Source: Eimeria praecox (lineage: Eukaryota). Taken from it: DNA of 64,000 nt. Location: the NCBI GenBank assembly GCA_963920595.1, contig OY986950.1, positions 1,488,001 to 1,552,000 on the forward strand, in the 5' to 3' direction. The position numbers were made by a program, and so were the translations under genes. Shown here piece after piece: positions 27,300-46,240 of the stretch. Each line of letters starts with the position of its first letter. Within the stretch, counting starts at the first letter, position 1. Below the pieces are notes generated by a model. It was not told the origin of the DNA, did not search any database, and saw only the letters and a list, made by a program, of their open reading frames with translations.

Positions 27300-30200
27300 G
27301 GGCCCTTTGTAACGAAGGTTGGTGGTATGTGTGTTTTAGTTTCGATGTACGTTGAGTAGGAAGATCCAGAAAGGGGTATGAAAAGTTCTGCATGGTCCTA
27401 GTGAATTCAGCAAAAGGATTTTGGCTGCACATGTTAAGGTGTTTTGCAGTACTGGTTGCAATAATGTGCACTTTTGGTGTGGTCTATCTACGGTTGCTTC
27501 AAATTATCTCTACTTGGACCGACGATAGAAAAAATGCGGCAAATACATGTTTAGCCTCAGTCTGCAGGTCTAGCGCGTGTACAGAAGGCATCAGGATTGT
27601 GCTTGTAAGGGGATGATTGCACGTGGCACTGCATCGCAGCATTGTTTGCAGCAAGGTATTTCGCAGCTCATGGTAGGCCGCCTCCACTCTGCACCTACCC
27701 TAGTCGCTTGAGCCCCTGTGATGGAGATGGAAGGGGAAGTTAGGCTTTTGGGGGCAATTCTTTATTTAATGGTGTTACTCTACTCAAAGTCAAAACAGTC
27801 CTCAGCTAGGATCGCGGGCCCTCGCAATGCAGGGAGCCTATGAAAGTAGGGACTGTGAATTCCAAACCAGCCCAAGAATAGAAAAGGGTACGTGGCAGCT
27901 AACCAAAGGCGAACCCCACACACAGAAAGCCAGGAGAGCTACGGACCAGTGAATCTGCTCCTTTGCGATGAACAAGGCCACAGGCAAGCCACAATACTTC
28001 GAGCAGATCTGCCAGGCGAACAAAGAAATCATTGAAATACTCCAGCCACCAGCAGCACTCGGCGCAGCGATTTGGGAAAAGATGGCTGCTCCATCTGTAG
28101 ATCCCCCGCAAGTCAAATATGTGTTTATCCTTGCTCTGACAGAAATGAGAAGTTGTAAATGCTGTTTGACACAGGCTGAGAAGCAGATCTGATATCTGAA
28201 GCTTCTGCAAGAATGTGCAACATGCATGCCCATTAGTTGGCATACTCGCTACTCCCTCTACTCCTGTGTTTTCAACGGTGGCAGACAGAAAACGAGAAAC
28301 GATAACGCTTTACAAGCTCGATTCACAAACGGGTTGTATTCTCATGGTACAGGGCTTTTCTTTTCGAACTGTTGGGTGGTGGTACTATCGTAAGCACGCC
28401 GGTAGTAACGCAGTGCATGGCTCGCATGCCCCTTCCAGAAGACCCAGTTAAGGTCTATGGGCCGGGGGTCAAAAATACCCTGAGCTCAGATGTTCTGCAT
28501 TATTATTAGCGTGCTGGACTACAACAAGAGTGGAATCAGTCTCCCAAGAATAAAGCAACGAGAAAGCTCTTACTCAGAGCAGAGGCAGTACAAGCTTTCA
28601 TGACGCAGTTTCGCTATTGTTCGCATTCCCGTTTGTTTCATGCATTTCAACTGTTTGTCCAGGTTGATATATCCTCGCGCACTTGTGTAGCGGCTCCAGG
28701 GGAAGGCGAAAAGAAGCGTACAGTAGGTTGTGATGATCTTTTGGAAACTGGGTTTAGAGGGGATTTGTTTCATGTAACACCTGGTAAGCAGCAGAAGTGT
28801 GCGTAATCCAGGCGAACGTGTGTAAGCGTGCTCACCAACGAGGAGCATCCAGCGATGCAGCCACTTGTTGGATGATCAATGTACCGCATCGAGCTCATTC
28901 CCAGATCAGCCACAAGCCCTGGTACAGGGAAACGGCACCCACTGCATCTTGAATAGGAAATTGAGTGTCACGCAGCTAATTTGCCGAGGAACAGTTCAAA
29001 GGTCAACTAGCACATGCCGAGACACTTGGGTGTTGGTGAAGACAGGGGATCGAAGACTCGCTCGAACTCTATGCCCATGAACAAAACCACAATGGACCGC
29101 TGATGTGCTCTAGCTCCAAACCCCTGCACAAAATCACGGTGGCCCGCAGCTTTACCCCGTATTCGCCAGGTCGTCATACCCCTAAGGCATCTACTCACGA
29201 GGGGAACGTAAGCTGCATGGAGAGCAACCGAAGAAGAAGCTGCCAGAGCCATCGTCAGACACCTAATCTCGTCCCGCGCGCTCACAGTCCCTGATTTGGG
29301 TATGCTATTATTCCTAACAACCGATGCGACTTAGAAAACGGTGGAAGGGATGCCTATCAGCAAGCTGTTGACTCTAAAAATGGCCAAAATTCTCCTAGTG
29401 CTGATGACGTTTCACGAAAGGAGCAAAGTTATCTCGTACGTGATACAGAGCCCCCAGCTGTCTGATAGAAGACACAGAAGTCTTGAAATACTTTTCTTAG
29501 GTGTGTCAGATACTATTTGTATTAATGCCATCTTTCCAAACCGGTAATCGGTCTCGCGCACACACGGGGAAGGTAACAGTGAAAGCTATTCAGTATCTTT
29601 GTCGGCTTATGCAGTACTTCAGTAAAGCAGATCACGTGTAGCAGCATCGTAACGGAAAACTCTGCTGACGTTTTGAGGGTGTTCCTCAACTCACCAGCTG
29701 CGGAACAGCCTCAAAACTTCAGCAGCGTTTTCCGTTTTCCAAATAAACCTGAAGTGATATCTCAATGGATTTTTTAGGGTGCCCGTCAGACATAGTGGTG
29801 GCGCTTGTTAGGCAGCTTTAGTAAATAATTCTGCTTCATTCCTTGTCCTGGTTCGGCTACTGCAGATGAGATGACCCATTTATTGTTTAATCATTTCTGA
29901 AAGCTCCCCATTTCCCCGAAAAGCGGCATTCTTGGCGGGGACTGGGAATTTGTTTGTGCCTTCCGGCGTGAATTCATGGCGCTGCGTAATATCGGACATA
30001 ACCATTAACTCCGCAAACTACCTGGGAGCGTTCGATCCAACCGAACACACCAATCGCATGTGCAACAGCACACTCTACGCAACTCTGTACCTAGCTAAAA
30101 TCATTATAATGCCTTGACGCTCTTTCTAGTGAAAATTGGCTTATAGTACAACAATGCATTTTTCGCCCCCTTTTTTCTTTTTTCATGCCCTACGCTGAGC

Positions 30201-30760
30201 ACATCGTTCTTTCAGCATTCAACCTCATTCTTGGAAGGCAGTCTTGTGCCCTTACAGATGCACACTTTCATAGATTGCTTGCAGCATCTCCCACATGCAC
30301 GCAGAAAACAAAAAAGCTCCAGACAAAAGGCCGCAATAAAGGACGTTAAGCAGGCCCCTTTAAACCAGGTGGCTTGATATTCCTAGCTTCCAAGTGCTCC
30401 CGGGAACGTAGGAATGCCACCACCCGGAGCTTCGTAGGCACATCCGTTTTCTATTCGTTCTTTGATAAATACGGTGGGTTACATCTCATATACACCCCTA
30501 ACACTGGAGATACTAGCGTACGGTAAATGCCAGCTTGCAGGAAAGATTCAGGATACAACCAAACAATCCTCGGCATCACCCCATAAAATGGCAGCAGAAT
30601 CGGTTCCAGGGCGAACAACTGGAGAAGACTGAAATCCTGGACAAACATGTTACAAACATATATGTAACGGCGTGCATAAATCACGAGAAGCGAGAATATT
30701 ATGTTAAATGGAGAGGAGGCCCAAAACGCGAATGGGTTTATGAGGATGGCTTGTGGTAAC
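27300..30760 (+). mobile_element. Degenerate Ty3/Gypsy chromovirus pol relic (RT-RNaseH-integrase-GPF-chromodomain)
   Basis: Frameshifted but collinear motifs: VQGF..WYYRKH (~28383, RT thumb YYRRF), TADVL* (~29100, ADALSR), DISMDF (29756), FSK*FCFIP (29817), ILGGDWEFVCAF (IVSDRD..F.S.F), TEHTNR (30040), LAYSTTMH (~30136), R*AGPFK (30353) and EILDKH..REYYVKWRGGPKREWVYEDGL (30630-30756). Boundaries are approximate and no LTRs were found. Confidence 0.78.
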
Positions 30761-33700
30761 CAACCTCTCCCGAGTACCTACGCTCCCTCCTTCACTCAGT
30801 GGTGGCAACTGCAAACATGGCGCAAGCACAGCGCAACGAAAACGTTGGGCTGCATCAAGCTATTTACTGTCATGTGCACAAAGGAACCCGAATCTTCGTA
30901 AGCACAGTCTACCCGGCGCTAAATATTTCCCTGCTATAGTAACTCTGTGCCGCCGATTCGAACACTTTCATTTTCTTCAAAATTAATGGATGCTCCCCCA
31001 TATGATGCTATATGGGCAGCCGCCTCAAGGGAGCATTGATGTTGCCCGCTGACTGCAGGTACTGCATACAAGCCACAACCCTCGATCAAAGCAAGAAGGC
31101 CTTAGATGGTGAGTGACATCTCCCCTGCGCGGGGTACCGCCGTGAAATTGTTATCTTCAGCACCGGCCGGTCTAAGCAGCATCACCAGGCGGCGTTCGTT
31201 CTTTTCTTTCCTTTTCAGTGCTAAACACTCGGGTAACTCTCCCTCGTTCGCTCCCTCTCTTCGCTGCGCCCATCCCTTGTAAGATGGCCAAGCCCACCAG
31301 CCGTTAACTTGCTGGGAAAGGTATACCAGCAGATGCAGCATAGCCTACCTGAAGTATGGCCCATGCGAGTTAGTGTGTAGCAATCAGCTATAGCGCTACT
31401 GCAAGCATACAACGGGGCCTTGGGAATGCTTGCATGTGGTTTTACCTTCCAGGGGTGTTGCGGCAAGGTGTACTGCAACTCTTGGGTTGCCACTTCCTCC
31501 GCGTGCCACCAGCAGGTCCTTGTGCGGCTGGGCAAAGGATGAGTGGAGACTAGAAGGGAGGCCATCTGCTATTAAAAATGGTCATTAAAGAATTTTCAAT
31601 CTAGTGGGGCTCACGGCTTCTCCTGGCTACTGCTAATGATTGTCATTTCACTAAATGACGCGGGCGCGGTTCAACAATCTGTCGCACGCACACTGAAGGT
31701 GCTGATGGGCGAAATGATAGGTAGCCGTTCGTTGTACCGTTCGATTCAAAAGCGGCTAGCGCTACCATGAGGGGCTTCAATGAAGCCTTCCCCGGCACCT
31801 GAGGCCAGAGACGCTTGAAAAGGGGCCCCAGGCAAATGCATATGACACAGGAGGGCATCCGTATTCTACAATGCTCCATCCTATTCCGTTAACGCAGGTG
31901 TGAGCCGGATTTGTGGAGGAACAAGCAAGTGGAATTGAGTGTACTAACTCGTCGAAACTGATCCTGCTTACACGTACTCAAGACTTGCCGCTACGCCGAC
32001 GAGCGCGAACTAGTGTGGCGCTCGATTTCTAGAATAAGCTAAGCAACGGGTTCTCCAGAACTGCCATACCCAGCAGTTTGTTTACAAGAACAAATAGAAA
32101 GGCAACAAAGCAACGTTGGACTGCCAAAGACCGTCATCACCCTCCCCGTACTGGCTGTAGGAGCGGTCCACACAAGGAAACACTGAATTGCTTGCTACCC
32201 GATGGAGCTCACTCGAGGCTAGCTGCACGCAATGAAAAAAGGTAGAAGCTAAATTCCAAAGCTGTAATGGAAATGGCCTTTAACTGTACAGTGTGGGGCG
32301 TTGCCTCGCAACACACGCAGCAAGCAAGCACCGGAAGAAAGCACGGACGCTATGAGCACTCCTAAGCAGGACAAGGCCACTATCGACCGGAACGAAAGCG
32401 TGCATGCTAAGTAAGCGCCTAAGAAGGGCATAAAGGAATGGCAGGATGACTCGAACCTGAGCATCTCAACCTTTGGGGATATCGGGTATCGAGCCACCGG
32501 CGAAGTGCAGAGAAACTTGTTCCTCAAAGTATCTGCCTGTATGCGTGGTTTTATTCACGACATTGTTGGACCGTTCAGCCCTAAATGGATATGTGCTAGC
32601 CTAGGAAGTAACCAACCGCTGCCAAAAACGAAAACAATTCACTGTCCCAGAGGGGCAGAACCTAGAGATTAACATGCTTGATCATCCCCTACCTTGCTCC
32701 TTAAAGAGAAAAGCTAGTTCTAAGTAATTTGGCCGTATCTTTTTCCTTGCAGGGCCTTGCGCAAGGCGCTCGCAGGAAAGCACAGTAGCGCGCCATTTCA
32801 CGATCCCTTGCTTGGAACTACTGAAGTAGCAATGCGTGTCTGGGAGCGCGGAAGAGGCTTTGCTCTCCAGCTTCTGCCTTGCACACTCTTACTTTCATCC
32901 CTGGGTTGCCTGCAGTCTGGTGCCTCCCTGCCCATCTATTGCACACAACTTGTGTTACCTAGGCGAACTTCTGAAACACTTTTGAGAAATTGCACCCCAG
33001 TGCTCCGCTCTATACCATTTTTGTACATTTTTCAATTTGCAAAACCTCCCCGAAATTAAGGCCTTCTGCAGGGGCGGATGCCACACTTACCACCAATATT
33101 TGGCCCAATTTCTGCTTGCTTGCGTTGACTGCAGTCCAAACTGTAAGCGCTTTGTACAACACGCCTTCAGGGCCTCACTATATAGGCTGTTCTACTGCAT
33201 CCCCTCCCTCTCGCATGCATTTCCTACTTGCCTAGTGCCTCAAAGCGGAGCGGGTTGTGGGCTGTGCACCGAACCTTTCCCGCGCATTCAGGCAACCTGT
33301 TACTAATACTAATACTTGCGCTTCCATCCATTCTGACACCGTGATCTACTCCCTTCTGTCAAGCAAATCACGCACTACAGTGCATTCGCTTTTGTGCGTC
33401 CCTTGCTGCAATGCAGTGTTTACACATGCTGCCTTGTTGATGGTGCGTAAATAAATAAGTATTATAAACACCTTCACACGTATCGTTGAGTTGCTGCTTG
33501 TCGCCAGCAGTATGACTCTACTGCGGTATACCCACAACCGACTCCCTCCTGCAGCGGCACTGCACGGCTGACGCTGACGCCTTCACAGGGACTGTGTTCA
33601 CAGCACAACAGACAACCCAGAAAATGCTAAACAGCATTTACTGGGTTGTCCCAGCTCAACTGCAGCGATTCATATACACTTTGGAGACAAAATAATCTCT

Positions 33701-34208
33701 TACACGTGCCGCGCTGCGCCTCCCGTTGCTACTGCTGTTCGGCCGTAGGAGGAGCAGCAGCCGTACGTGAGGAATTAAAGGTTCCCCTAATAATTGCAGG
33801 CAGTCTCTTGTATTCCCGAGCATCTGTTGAACATCTGTTGGTGCTGCTGCTGCGAGCGGCTCCACCTGTTGGTGCCGCTGCGGCTGCAGCAGTGTGGCGT
33901 TTCAGCAGTGCTGGCACTGGACACGAGAAAATGCCTTGCAGGGTCCTCTAGCCCTCAAAGTTCTGCTACTGCTCTCCTGCTGTGGAAGAAAGACCCTGCT
34001 ATTCTCACTCAGCAGGAGCAGCAGCTGCTGCTGCCGCCTCTGTTGCAGCAGCAGCAGCTGCTTACCGGCTGCACTGGCTACTGCCGTTGTAGCCGGCTTT
34101 GCCCACGTGCATTGCAACGGAGAGCGCTTAGTTCTAGTTTTATGGCGCCCAAGGGTTTCGAGGAGGTCGGACGCTGCAGTGCTTCCTGTTGCCACTTTTG
34201 CGCCTGCG

Positions 34209-40736
<6,528 letters not shown>

Positions 40737-41609
40737 TTACCACCAGCAGCAGCTGCTGCTGCACCGTTGGTGCTTGTACAACCGCCGCTGATACTCCCGG
40801 CTGCCGCAGCCAAGGCTGTGGGGCCGTGTTTTCGCTATATAAAGCAATATATACGGAGGGCTGCGGCGACTGATCCTAGGGGGTAAAAGCCCTGAAGAGG
40901 CAGCACGCCTACTGGTGCTGCTATTGCTGCTGCCAGCTGCTGGCGTTGCTGCGACTACTAGGCACGCGCTGCTGCAGCTAAGGTGCAAACTGGAAAACTC
41001 CGTCGGAAATGCTGAGGCAAACACCCACGCCCTCAAGGGGCTCCGCCCACATAGTGCGCCCCGTAAACATGAAGAGGTGAGTTGCTTCGGCTGCTGCTGC
41101 TACTGCTGCTGCTGCGGTACAGTCCAAAAGGTCCAGTGCCAAGAGCTCCGTGAAATGCGCTAAATCAGATCAGGCCGTCCAGTGGCAGCCTGTGTGCAAT
41201 AGCCTGAAGCACCAGGAAATCAACGCAGGTAGTGGGCTACGCGAGGCGGTTGACTTGTTGGTGAAGCAGGACCGAAGCCGCTGCTTCTGACAGAAAGAGC
41301 ACTAAGAGAAGAAACAGGTGGCCTAGGCAATAGATGAAGCAGCAGAAGAGACAAACAGCCGCAGCCGAGAGAGAACATGAAGGCGGCCTCGACAGAACAT
41401 GAAGGCCTGAGTCATGAGCGGTAGGCCACGCCACAGCAACAGCGAGCAGCAGCTGCCACAGCAATTCCCGAGGAGACTGAGGACACTGAAAAGGCAAGAA
41501 TTAAAGCAGTAATGAGGTGTACAGCTGAAAACAGCGCCTCCTAGAAACGCCCCTCTGCCAGGGCCGGCGGCCTGGGCAAAACTCTGACGCAAGGGCCTCT
41601 CGCAACTGC

Positions 41610-41641
<32 letters not shown>

Positions 41642-44620
41642 TTGTTAGTAAACCGCAAAACATGCAGATCTTGCTTTGTCTGGAGCTGCACGGGGGCCAG
41701 CAACTGCCCGTGTGGTGTGGCGCCACAGCCCGGCTGCTGCTGCTGCCGCGCGACAGCAGCACTACTCGCTGCTGCTGCGGCGCCTCGGCAGTCTGTTTAA
41801 AGCCACAAGCAGTAGAGCAGACAGCACGGAAACCGGATTTAACTTAGTCCTGCCCCAGCTAGTGTTGCTGCTGCAGCCCCTGCTGCGGCGCGCAGCAGCG
41901 GCTGCTGCTGGCGGTGGGTGCCAGCAGCAGCAGCAGCATACACAGCCAACGACTTTACCCTTCACTGCCGTTGGCTTTGTTCGCAAGGCATCTTAATGCT
42001 TTTTAGTTTCATGGCAAGCCGTGAATCCTAACCCTGTTGAACTCAGACAGCCGTAGCCCTTATCCCCCCTTGCAATAGGGGGGCCGTCACTGCTCATCCC
42101 CTAGTTTCACTGGCTGTGTCTCTTTCGGCGTTGTCCCCTCTGCTGCTACTTGTGGTTCTAGAGTGTGTTTATCTGTTTAGAGGCTTCAATATGATAGGTT
42201 TGTGGTGGACTCTGGAGGATTAAAGCGTGCTGCACCTCAGATAGATCGAGGGCTTCCACCTCGAGGAGGGCGGCAGGCTAACGCGGGCCAGGCATGCAAG
42301 TTTTGCGCTCCCTGTGGTGTGCTGTTGGGGAAGTACGGACTGCGTAGGCAGTAGTTGCGTTACGAGCTACCAGCTTTTGCGGGAGAGCGTGAAGTACTAA
42401 GGCGCACGCCTGGCCTGCACCGCACTTTTCTCCGCTTGCCAGCGAATGTATCGTTCATGGAAACCTCGGAATCGTTATGCTGCTGGCTCACGGTAATACT
42501 CATGCTTTTACAGAGCAAGCTACGTTAGGGTTGGGCACTGTTGGGCCATGCAACAAACACCAGCACTTTGACGGTACTGGCCTGCATCCCTGCAGCTACG
42601 GTTTTAGAAAGGGCATTATCAGCCAGGCGTGACAACCATTCACCTAGCATTTTCCAGTGTACGGCTCTCCCCTTACGAACAGCCCAGTGCTCTGGGGTAT
42701 CCCAGCAAGGGAAAGCCTGCGGCAATTGCGTATACTGGCTAGGTATGGCTGCTGGCCTGCGTGGGCAGCAGCCATACCTAGCCAATGCTCCATAAAACAG
42801 AGGAGCAATGTTTGCGGCGCGCGTAGCGCGTCTCCGTAGTAGGTTAATATACGTTTGCTCAGCTCGTGTAGAGGAGGGTTTAGCTTTCCGAGTACTCCAT
42901 TTGTCTACGCTGACGAGGCGGCTGAGCCAATCGCTCCTGCACCTTTGAACGTGCAATAGAGGCTGCTGAGAAGGTAGGCAGCATCTAGTCTGGTTCGACG
43001 CAATAAGCGATACATTGGTCTTCTCAGAGAGATGGAGAAACGCTGCGGAGTAATTTGGAGGCTGTAGCTCTCGTTTGGGGTTCATGCTGCATATATTAAG
43101 TGACCATTCGGTGCTTCAGGTGCAGGCATGAGCCAATGATTTATGAGGCACGCAGCCCCCGAATGTTCCCCAAAGACGTGTTGTGAGCCTTGTGATGCTG
43201 CACGATATACTGGATTTTGTTGTAGCGACCACAACCCCAAACACATTCTCGGTTGTATCATCATGCCTAAGCTGACAATGATTGTTCCAAGGCTTCGGCA
43301 AAGGCATAATACAGCTGTGTCAAGTTAACATAACCCTAGTTGGGTCGTATTTCCACGGACTGACCTGGCACAAGCATCGAAAGGTTAGCTGGCAGAGAAG
43401 TGCTGTGCGCCTTGTTGCATCAGAGGCCTAAAACCAGCAGGAGGCAAAATTGTGCATTGACCTGCATATGCGGCCTTGCAGCGTGTACACACAACGTGGA
43501 GCTACTCGGGAGTGAGAACAGATAGGCTACCTGCTCAGGAAGCAGCGTGATTTAAATGCCTTTGATGCGTTGCTATTTATGCAGTCACATACAAATGTTA
43601 TGAAGCCATGAACGAGGCCCTGTGCTTCATGCTCTGTGTTGAAACCTGTCAGCCTGTACAGAAATGGTGGAGCAAGGGGTATTGGAGCACTCAAAAGTAA
43701 GATTGTCCGCCTCATTTATGATATTTTGTGACCGTTGGAGCCAATATCTTATCCCTTCCATGAGTGGCAGACGTCTTTTTGCGAATTCGCGAATACATGC
43801 AATCCTTTGACACCATCTACTCCTGCAAGGCTTGCTCAGTCAGCCAGTCCACAAAATAGGAGAGGCAGCTTCTAAAAGTCATCAAGGCCTATGAGTAGGG
43901 CATTAGGTTACTCAACAGCTTTTCAAGTTGATAAAGTATATAACGAGTCCTAGGACAGGATCGCCCTGGGATGCAAAGCAGGATGGCATGAAGGCAACCT
44001 GGCAAAGGGTTAAGCACAAACAACCGTTAAGATGCACGGATCACAGAAAGTACAGAAGAGAGTTACAGGCCCGAAGAGATTGCGTAGAACTTGGTGAAGA
44101 TGAAATGGACTGTATGGCGAGGGTGTATATCTTGATCCAGCGCAGTTCACTGCGACTTCTCGCCGAAAGAGTCGCAGGAGAGCAAACAGAGCAGAAAAGG
44201 AGGTGCACGAGTAACTTACAAATGCTCAGGATAGTCTAGGATTCTACTAGAGGACCGAAGTTCTACTACGGCCGGTACGTCCAGCGGCGTCGTGGTGGCT
44301 GTCTTGGGAACAGCGTGATGTGCCACAAAATTCCACCAACTGTTCTTCCATTAGTCTCGAGTTTTTCGCTATCCACAAAACAACTTGGAAGTTTTTATTT
44401 CTAAAGGGAAATTAGCTGAGCTTCGCTAGGAAAAAATCCGATCCGAGTGGCCCTTTCGAGAGGGCCGGCAGTCCTTGGACCGATCACTGCAGGGCTTCTG
44501 AAGCAACTCTGCATTTCAGTGTATTTGATCTCCATTCTAACTAGCGCATTTCACCCCTGCCTCAAAAGCTAACACTGAATAATACAGCAAAGGACGCAGA
44601 CACCAGATTTCAGAGGCACG

Positions 44621-45130
44621 ATGGCTCACAGCAATCGACAAATCTCCGCCAGTGGGCACTTGAGCGTCCCCGGCTCAATCTGGCAAGCGGCAAAGCTTCT
44701 GCTTCTTATTTCGATAGCTTTGCTAGCCGGGGAAGTGTCAGCTTCCCAAGAAAGCCCAGCCATATCGACTGGTACTGTCGTTGAAGCGGATCAAACAGCT
44801 ATTCCGACTCAACAGCATTGGGGACACGAAGGAATTGAGGAGACTACCCGCCGAGGTATTCGCAGAAGCCATATGACAATTGTGATTGTCGCAATAATAG
44901 TCGCTGCGGTCATGCGGAGCATGGCTGCCTCCAAAAATGCGGCCCTTTTGGAAGTACGTTAGTATACCCATCTTTATTGCAATGGCCCCCGTAGTCACAC
45001 GTTGCGCTAATTATTACTTATTGCACAGGACAGTTCCACCTTGTATTTCCGGCTAGAGGCAGGGAGCAACGTGACCTTCCATGTTGAAAGGACTCTATTG
45101 CAGACGCGAACAGTGGGAGAACAGCTCTAG
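44621..45130 (+). CDS. Small putative secreted/membrane protein (144 aa; signal-like stretch plus TM helix)
   Basis: Exons 44621-44953 and 45029-45130 with a phase-0 GT-AG intron. Hydrophobic KLLLLISIALLAGEVSA near the N-terminus, then basic RRGIRRSH followed by MTIVIVAIIVAAVM. Confidence 0.65.
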
Positions 45131-45394
45131 CTGACTGGCAGGGTAGAGCAAGAGAAGCTCCATTTGGCACGAATCTTGAGCGGACAGCACTAGTTTTGTG
45201 TGGAAGGTCGGTTTTGCCCTATGACGGCTTGCTCATGGACTCTTTTTACCTATTTCCAAGGTCAAATTGTGCGCTGGACCTTGCTTCGTTCCCTCGACTT
45301 ATGCGTCGTGAAAGATCATTTGATGTCAGCGTAAAATAAGGTATGCGCATGCTGCATACGCTACATCCATACACACTCAGAGGCTCGCTACATA

Positions 45395-46240
45395 CAGCAT
45401 GCGCACTGCTGCTTCGGGTGCGGATGCAGCTAGTACGTCGATCGCTCTACTAGACGGACGTTGCTCTGCCGTGCTCATGGTTGGAGCATTTGGATGGCGC
45501 ATTTGGAGCTCGTGTCGCACTGAGAACGGTGGCTTCAGTTTGGGACGGGACGAAAAAAAATGTTCTCACATAATAATCAAGCCTGGATTTTCACCGATTC
45601 AAGTTTTTGCCTGATGCCCAAGGAAAAGGACGTGGGCTGGTCTGATCGCAGGAGGTGGGTTTTTGCTTACTTCTGCTTAGGCATATACAAACTGCTTCAT
45701 GGCTGCTGATGGATGGGTGCAATTCAAAGGAAAACGGACCAGCAAGGCTACACACTAGCGGTGACAGAGGCCGCTTGCTAGGTGCGTTTGTGAGATGCCC
45801 ACGTGGCATTGGCGAGCAAGGATTCCAGGTGCAGGCTGAATAGAACCGAAGCTGCTTGTAGAATTGCCCCTAGGCGCACGTTCGTGCCTGTCCATCAGGG
45901 CATTGAAGAAGTGTTTCGGAACAACACCTGACGCGTGCATTAGCATCTTTTGTGGCATGTTCCTTATATTTGTGTTGCGAAGAAGGTGCGTATTGAGGCT
46001 GTGTTCACTGCATGCTGCAAGGGGAGTTGCTTGAGCCTGAAGACCTGTGGTGTTGTTGGGTAGTAGTTCGCGGCAACTACAATCACATGCCGCGCCTTGG
46101 GTGAGATCCCAACGATGATGTTTCACGGCCAGGTGCCTGGTGTATGGCTTTACCAACACCCATACGTTTCAAGACTGGAGCGCTCTCGAAGGCATGAGAC
46201 TGAGGCAGCAGTCGTCATGCTCAGGAAGTGGGTTTGTTTC
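45395..46240. repeat. ~845 bp near-identical direct repeat, copy 1
   Basis: Matches 51397-52243 at offset 6002; the ORF track shows the pairs 45591/51593, 45755/51757 and 46097/52099. Confidence 0.95.

Noticed and set aside
30800..33600. Short ORFs or a possible 3' LTR downstream of the chromovirus relic
   Set aside because: By eye I found no direct repeat matching 25.7-27 kb and no convincing protein motifs.
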